Below, in pieces: positions 45,474 through 50,352 of a stretch of DNA of 50,352 nucleotides. The DNA is from a virus. Lineage: Duplodnaviria > Caudoviricetes. Each line of letters opens with the position of its first letter. Within the stretch, counting starts at the first letter, position 1. The stretch spans positions 1 to 50,352 of IMG/VR virus record IMGVR_UViG_3300048902_000029; one strand, given 5' to 3'. A program made the position numbers and the translations under genes. Under the pieces are notes generated by a model that saw only the letters and a list, made by a program, of their open reading frames with translations, searched no databases and was not told where the DNA came from.

Positions 45474-46985
45474 TCATTTTCCTCCCGACTTGTCGACTCC
45501 ACCGTTCTTTCGGGGAGCCTTAGCCGACGGGGCTCCTTGACGAGGAGGTCCTACCTTTGGAGGAGCAGCCTTGACAGGAGTGTTCGCCTGAGTACCCGGA
45601 GCTGCCGTACCATCTTCCTCATTGGGATCGGCATTCGGATCTTGCGGCGTGGGGACCTCCTGACGGGTCTCCCAGTCGATCTCCGGGAGGTCGTTCTCTT
45701 CCCGGAGGTGTGCCTCGAGAGTGTCATCAGGACGAATGAGACCAGCACCGACGTAGTTACGAAGCGTGAAGGACTGGGTGCGGGCATCTTCCCACTCTCC
45801 AATGCGACGAACCTTCAACGTCGGCGCCTTGACTCTGGAGTAGTTCAACTTCACCAGTGGCTGGATCACATGACGGTTCATGGTGTCAGCAACTGTCTCG
45901 GCGACGTACCGAGTGGCCTTGTAGAACGTTTCCAAGGACTCCTTGGACGTTCCTGTCTCAGTGACGAAGGGTGCCAGCACATTCGCCATGATCATCTGGT
46001 TGTGGTGTTCGATCGACTTCATGGAGTCGACAGGCTGACCCTCGAGCTTGGCAAAGTAAATCTCCCACATCGGCGGCAGCGTGATGTGCGAACGCTCGTT
46101 GGTACGAAGGTTCCGACCAATCGCCTCAGCGAGCCTCTTGTCCTCAGCCTTCCAGCCAGGAGGCATCTTGATAACAGGAACGCCGATGCCGTGGCGTTCC
46201 TTCTGAATAGCGTCGATCTTGTACAGCGTGTCCTTGTACTTGTAGTGCTTGTACGCCGACCTGAGGATAGAGATGCCCTGCATGTCTCCGGCCTCAGCTT
46301 CGAGGCTGAACACGACAAGCTTGTCGATAGGAATAGGGACACCTTGCTCAGGCTCGAACGATCCGATCTGGCTCTGAGGCTCCATCACAATGCCATCAGG
46401 TCCACCGTTCCTGTCGTACACGAACTTCTGAATGTCAGCAGGGTGACGAGGTGCGAGCTTCTGGAGCTTGACCTTACCGTCATCCTCGAGCGCGTAGACC
46501 TTCTCCATGACCATGTAGCCGTACTCGCACATGAGGAGGATGTCCTCAAGAGTCCGAGACCAAGAGACGTTCATCCCCGACTCGAAGTTCTCCTGCGTCC
46601 TCTTCGCTACGTTCTGGTCCCTCGTAGAGTCTGAGCCCGGAGCCATAAACCAGTGCGCAGACAGGACAGGCGTTTTGAACGCCCTCAGGGAGCCACGGAT
46701 GATACCGTCGAGCCGCTTCATCCGATAGAATTCGGTGACGCCCAACTTGTCGCGGAGCTTCGGGTTCCATTCCTCCCTCGTCCATGATGTCCAGGGAGAA
46801 GGGCTAGAGTATCCGATCTCCGGTCCAACAGCAACGGTCTCTGCCAGAGCCGTCTTGTCCTCCATGAGGATGACACCATCTTCGGTGACATCTACAAGGT
46901 TGTAGGTTTCGATAAGCTCGGCCAGAGCAACCGAGCCTGGGTCACTTTCGTCAGGCAGCTCGAACAGCTGCATCTGGTCACTCAT
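45474..46985 (-). CDS. Portal protein (DUF935 / Mu gp29-like)
   Basis: YG..V.E.VY, G.S.LR..Y, ERHG.G.P, I.PLV.LN. Confidence 0.88.
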   Translation of the reverse strand: MSDQMQLFELPDESDPGSVALAELIETYNLVDVTEDGVILMEDKTALAETVAVGPEIGYSSPSPWTSWTREEWNPKLRDKLGVTEFYRMKRLDGIIRGSLRAFKTPVLSAHWFMAPGSDSTRDQNVAKRTQENFESGMNVSWSRTLEDILLMCEYGYMVMEKVYALEDDGKVKLQKLAPRHPADIQKFVYDRNGGPDGIVMEPQSQIGSFEPEQGVPIPIDKLVVFSLEAEAGDMQGISILRSAYKHYKYKDTLYKIDAIQKERHGIGVPVIKMPPGWKAEDKRLAEAIGRNLRTNERSHITLPPMWEIYFAKLEGQPVDSMKSIEHHNQMIMANVLAPFVTETGTSKESLETFYKATRYVAETVADTMNRHVIQPLVKLNYSRVKAPTLKVRRIGEWEDARTQSFTLRNYVGAGLIRPDDTLEAHLREENDLPEIDWETRQEVPTPQDPNADPNEEDGTAAPGTQANTPVKAAPPKVGPPRQGAPSAKAPRKNGGVDKSGGK

Positions 46986-48427
46986 CAAAACTCCAAGTCA
47001 TCGAAGCTGAAGTAGCCGCCCTCGCCAGAAGGCTCAAGCATGTCGATGCGTTCTGAATCTGCCATGTTCAGACCCTGGTAGAGATCCGTCAGTCGAGAGT
47101 TACACCCCAACTTGACGACGTGCATCAATCCGTATCGCAAAGCATCCAAGGCGTGGTCGGCGTGCTTCTTCGCTTGCTCACGTACGTTCTGTTCTGGACG
47201 AGTATCAGGTGCACGGTAGTTGTTGAATTCGTAGATGAGGTTCTTGCACGAGTGGTCGATGAACAGCTTCGGTTGCTTCTTCGGCGTACCATGTTCGTCT
47301 ACTACTAGCAGTGTACCTGAGGGGCTATATACGTCCTGGAGCTTCAGGAACGTCTTGACAAGATCAATGCCCTCTCGCCAATTCTTTTTAGCTTCCGGTT
47401 CAGCGTACGCGGGAACGAGGTTCTGCGAGATGCTAACACATGCTTCCGGATCTGCTGCATCACCAAAGGCGAGATCGAGGTGGTACCCCTCAGGTTGAGG
47501 CAAATTACGTATGAAGGCGATATGCTCAGCAAGCTGCATGTAAGGCTTGTAGTGCTCACGCCAAACGTACACATTGTCCTGAGGATCAATCTGGAAGAAG
47601 ATCCAGGCCCAGGGATTGGTAAACCCCGGGTCGTAACCAACGTAAGAGTCCCACTCCGGATGGAACTTAACATCCGTAACATGAACACTCTCCTGGAACT
47701 CTCCATAGATCTTACCTACGAACGCCGAGAAGTCTGCACCATACTCCTGAAGGAACCACTCGTTAGCAGTCGTTCGTTCCACCAGCTTGATTTCCGCATC
47801 TTCACGGCCATCAGGGTACACGTATGGATTTTCCCACGACGGGAATTGCCATGACTCGAAATCGGGTTCACTCGGATCACGGCCCACCTGCCACAGAGCG
47901 TGAAGCCAGTTGTAACCTTCAGGTGTTGTAGGGAATGTGGCATGGCCCCTGTTGTCAGCAAGAGCAGCTCGAACGTATCGCTCCCAGGTATCCTTCTTAT
48001 GCTTCGCAGCCTCGGACATGATTGCAAAGTCCAGCTTCTCACCAACCAGGTTCTCAGGGTGATCTGCAGAGCGACATTCAATCCGAGTCTGCCAGGGGAA
48101 CTCAATGTACATTTCCCCAGAGCGCTTGTTATACGCCTTCTTGACACGCTTGTTCTTTCCGAACTCGAGCTGCAGGATAAACAGGTCCCACAGTACGCGG
48201 AACTCTTTCTCGGCCAGGTCGTATGTCGGTCCTACGATCCAGCCACGCTTCTTCGGAAGTAGCAGTCCTGGAGCCTCATCCATAGACGACATCCGCGACT
48301 TACCGAACCGTCGACCACAGACAGGAATGCGGAACCGTGCCTCCGAGTCGTGGAACAGCCACTGGAGCTTGTGAGGCTGGTATCCGACCTTCTCGAAGAA
48401 CAGCTTCTTGTCAATGGTCTGTGGCAT
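46985..48427 (-). CDS. Terminase large subunit
   Basis: GRRFGKS Walker A, PTY, SEAA (Walker B variant), TTPEG.NW, F.QEY.A.F, DPG, DHALDALRY. Confidence 0.93.
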   Translation of the reverse strand: MPQTIDKKLFFEKVGYQPHKLQWLFHDSEARFRIPVCGRRFGKSRMSSMDEAPGLLLPKKRGWIVGPTYDLAEKEFRVLWDLFILQLEFGKNKRVKKAYNKRSGEMYIEFPWQTRIECRSADHPENLVGEKLDFAIMSEAAKHKKDTWERYVRAALADNRGHATFPTTPEGYNWLHALWQVGRDPSEPDFESWQFPSWENPYVYPDGREDAEIKLVERTTANEWFLQEYGADFSAFVGKIYGEFQESVHVTDVKFHPEWDSYVGYDPGFTNPWAWIFFQIDPQDNVYVWREHYKPYMQLAEHIAFIRNLPQPEGYHLDLAFGDAADPEACVSISQNLVPAYAEPEAKKNWREGIDLVKTFLKLQDVYSPSGTLLVVDEHGTPKKQPKLFIDHSCKNLIYEFNNYRAPDTRPEQNVREQAKKHADHALDALRYGLMHVVKLGCNSRLTDLYQGLNMADSERIDMLEPSGEGGYFSFDDLEF

Positions 48428-48429
48428 GG

Positions 48430-48753
48430 CTAGTCACACTCCGTAGGTACCGGAAGCGAAGGGTTCTCCCTGCGGATCTGGTCGTCCTTGTTCAGTAGCG
48501 CAATGTACTCCTGAATCTTGGTGGCTCTCTCCTGTGCGGTACTCTTCGGGTCGGTAATGGTCGTAAGGACCACCTTAAAGAAGTTCCGCTCAGTATCTGC
48601 AACGCCTGCACGAGCTGCAGTGGCCGCCGCGTCGCGCGTCATGTAGCCGCCCAGGCAAGTCTTAGTACGTCCGTTATCGACGTACAAGACGAGGCATATT
48701 ATCGATAGCACGGCGACCGCGCACCATAGCCCGATCCTTTTTATTACGTCCAT
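48430..48753 (-). CDS. Membrane-anchored protein
   Basis: GAGGAGG RBS; N-terminal TM, helical C-terminus ending in C. Confidence 0.7.
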   Translation of the reverse strand: MDVIKRIGLWCAVAVLSIICLVLYVDNGRTKTCLGGYMTRDAAATAARAGVADTERNFFKVVLTTITDPKSTAQERATKIQEYIALLNKDDQIRRENPSLPVPTECD

Positions 48754-48849
48754 GCTTCCTCCTCGCCAGTTCGAACGTTGCCCCTACAGTGTAGCCGATA
48801 CCACTAATGCCGACTACCCATACGACCACCTGCTCTGTGTAGTTCATGT

Positions 48850-49035
48850 TCACTCTTTCGGTTTGGGTAAGGGCGGGAAGACCGCCAGCCACGTCCCCGT
48901 AGGAATACCCAAGAGCCACGCTTGAGGTTGCTCACCAGCCTTGAACAAGTACACGTACAGTGATGCTGCGACTACGACGCCCCACACGCTCAGTACAGCT
49001 GTTAGGAACCTGATCTTGTATTGGTCGATCGTCAC
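48850..49035 (-). CDS. Small two-TM membrane protein
   Basis: AAGGAG RBS, GTG start. Confidence 0.6.
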   Translation of the reverse strand: MTIDQYKIRFLTAVLSVWGVVVAASLYVYLFKAGEQPQAWLLGIPTGTWLAVFPPLPKPKE

Positions 49036-49336
49036 TTCGGCTCCTTACCGTGTTAAACAACCTCCTAGTGTAGCCTCAAGCCTCCACACGCCCTGGTTCG
49101 TCCTGCGTTGCGGAACTAGGTTAGGCCGCTGCATGACTAGGTACTTCTGTGCGAAACTTGTAAGGGGGCGAGCTGGTTAGGATAGTTTCCTTAGGCCATC
49201 AGCTCTAACGTCGGGGCGTTTATTAAACTAGTATGGTCTTGCGGTTGGACTAGTTAGTAGAGGGGTTAGACCGAATGCCTTAGCACCTTTGGCCCACTAC
49301 GTCGTAGGCTGTTGGTGCTCAGTCTAACCCACTCTA

Positions 49337-49489
49337 TTACTTGCCCTTCTTGGGCGAAGCCTTCTTTGCCAGGAAGCCTGGCGGCGTAGACTTGGTAGCC
49401 TTGCCCGTAGTGCCTGCGATCGGAGGCTGACCCTTCTTCGCAGAGGTCTGCATCTTCTTCGGCGCTGCTGGCTTACCCTTCGCTGCCAT
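49337..49489 (-). CDS. Small histone-like K/A/P-rich protein (50 aa, not in track)
   Basis: MAAKGKPAAPKKMQTSAKKGQPPIAGTTGKATKSTPPGFLAKKASPKKGK; GGGAG upstream. Confidence 0.6.
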   Translation of the reverse strand: MAAKGKPAAPKKMQTSAKKGQPPIAGTTGKATKSTPPGFLAKKASPKKGK

Positions 49490-49775
49490 CTGCATCTCCC
49501 GGTTCGTTCGGATTCGGAATGCGACCAGGCTTCGCTGCCTGCTCTGCTTCGAGTGCCTCCATGGCAGCCCAGTCCAAGGAGGTCACCGCAGGCCCATCAG
49601 GCGGGTAGATCCAGAAGTTCCCGACCACAGACCGCTCCTCGTTGGAGTCATACGTCATATGGTCGTTCTCTCGGAACCACTTGCCGTCATCGCCTGCAGC
49701 GTACACCTGAGTCACTTCTCGGGAACCGAAGTACCCTCCAGGCTTCTGCGGCAGCGAGTCCTTGAAGGCACTCAC
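49473..49775 (-). CDS. Hypothetical protein
   Basis: GTGA coupling to the terS-like gene. Confidence 0.65.
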   Translation of the reverse strand: MSAFKDSLPQKPGGYFGSREVTQVYAAGDDGKWFRENDHMTYDSNEERSVVGNFWIYPPDGPAVTSLDWAAMEALEAEQAAKPGRIPNPNEPGDADGSEG

Positions 49776-50128
49776 TTGCGGCCACCGTTGGTCTTCGTCG
49801 GAGTTTCGACCAGCGTGTCCTCATAGAGGTTCGCCCACGGGTCTCGCCCATCGGACCCTGTACCCGCAGCAGCGGCCCGATTGAGGATCTCGACAGAGGC
49901 CTTCAGACGAACCTGCTCAGTCTCACCATTGAGGGCGAGTTTCACAAGGGTCTGAGCAGCCGCAGGCGCGTTCTCCCGCATGATGCGAACTGCCTGGTCG
50001 GTAGGACTCTCAGGCTTGCCATCGATAGTTCCGAAGCCAGTCCGTCGCTCGAGGTGCAGACTTGCGAGCTCGTCGTCCGAGACCCAAGCCTTCTGACGGT
50101 CCAAGGCCTTCTTGTAGTCATCGTCCAT
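49772..50128 (-). CDS. Putative terminase small subunit
   Basis: First late gene; A..TLV.L.......VRL.AS.EIL.RA helical motif. Confidence 0.6.
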   Translation of the reverse strand: MDDDYKKALDRQKAWVSDDELASLHLERRTGFGTIDGKPESPTDQAVRIMRENAPAAAQTLVKLALNGETEQVRLKASVEILNRAAAAGTGSDGRDPWANLYEDTLVETPTKTNGGRK

Positions 50129-50150
50129 CTGGACCCCCTCTCTACACCTG

Positions 50151-50179
50151 ATTATATAGCACGCCCTGAAATTCCACAA
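50151..50179 (-). promoter_or_regulatory. Leftward promoter for the packaging operon
   Basis: TTGTGG-17 bp-TATAAT on the - strand; divergent from the promoter at 50-78 across the junction. Confidence 0.65.
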
Positions 50180-50233
50180 GCCCCTACTTCCCACAAGGTA
50201 ACATTCTAATCCACCACCCACTCTTCATGTTAC

Positions 50234-50352
50234 ATATGGTAACACATGAATTCTCTCAATTTTCCATTACACCGTAGGGGGCTTGTGCAGCTGCAAGATC
50301 CACATTATAATATAGTTATAAGAAAAAAAAAAAAAAGAAACAAACTACAACA
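50234..50352. repeat. Terminal direct repeat / circular assembly overlap, right copy
   Basis: ATATGGTAACACATGAATTC...AACTACAACA repeated from the window start. Confidence 0.95.

Overview
The window looks like a complete ~50.2 kb tailed (siphovirus-type) phage genome. Bases 1-120 recur almost exactly at 50234-50352. Gene content, GGAGG RBSs and a leaderless start point to an actinobacterial host, which is an inference. It has two convergent arms. The + arm (~50-29900) carries many small early genes behind strong sigma70/HrdB-type promoters, then an SNF2 helicase, a Cas4/RecB-like nuclease, a Sak4-like ATPase, an SSB and a primase-helicase. These are followed by a 7-deazaguanine DNA-modification locus (queC, queD, queE, folE, two MazG-like NTP pyrophosphatases, a TGT-fold DpdA-like enzyme), coupled to a UDG-domain/PolA fusion polymerase, and a RuvC-like resolvase. 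The - arm (50128-29960) carries terminase, portal, Mu-type protease/scaffold, capsid, tail genes with a -1 frameshifted chaperone, tape measure, endolysin and holin. I saw no integrase or repressor. Most notable unexplained elements: (1) a cassette inside the que cluster of tandem Pro/Lys-rich single-TM microproteins plus a secreted neprosin-like glutamic peptidase; (2) two tRNA-elbow mimics that share one acceptor stem and lack a normal anticodon arm; (3) a recurring bipartite intergenic site, TGTTWAACA-N24-CCACACGGC; (4) a recurring GTTAGAC-N14-GTTAGAC direct repeat; (5) a GG/CC-depleted first 500 bp. All calls come from reading motifs by eye; no database searches were run.
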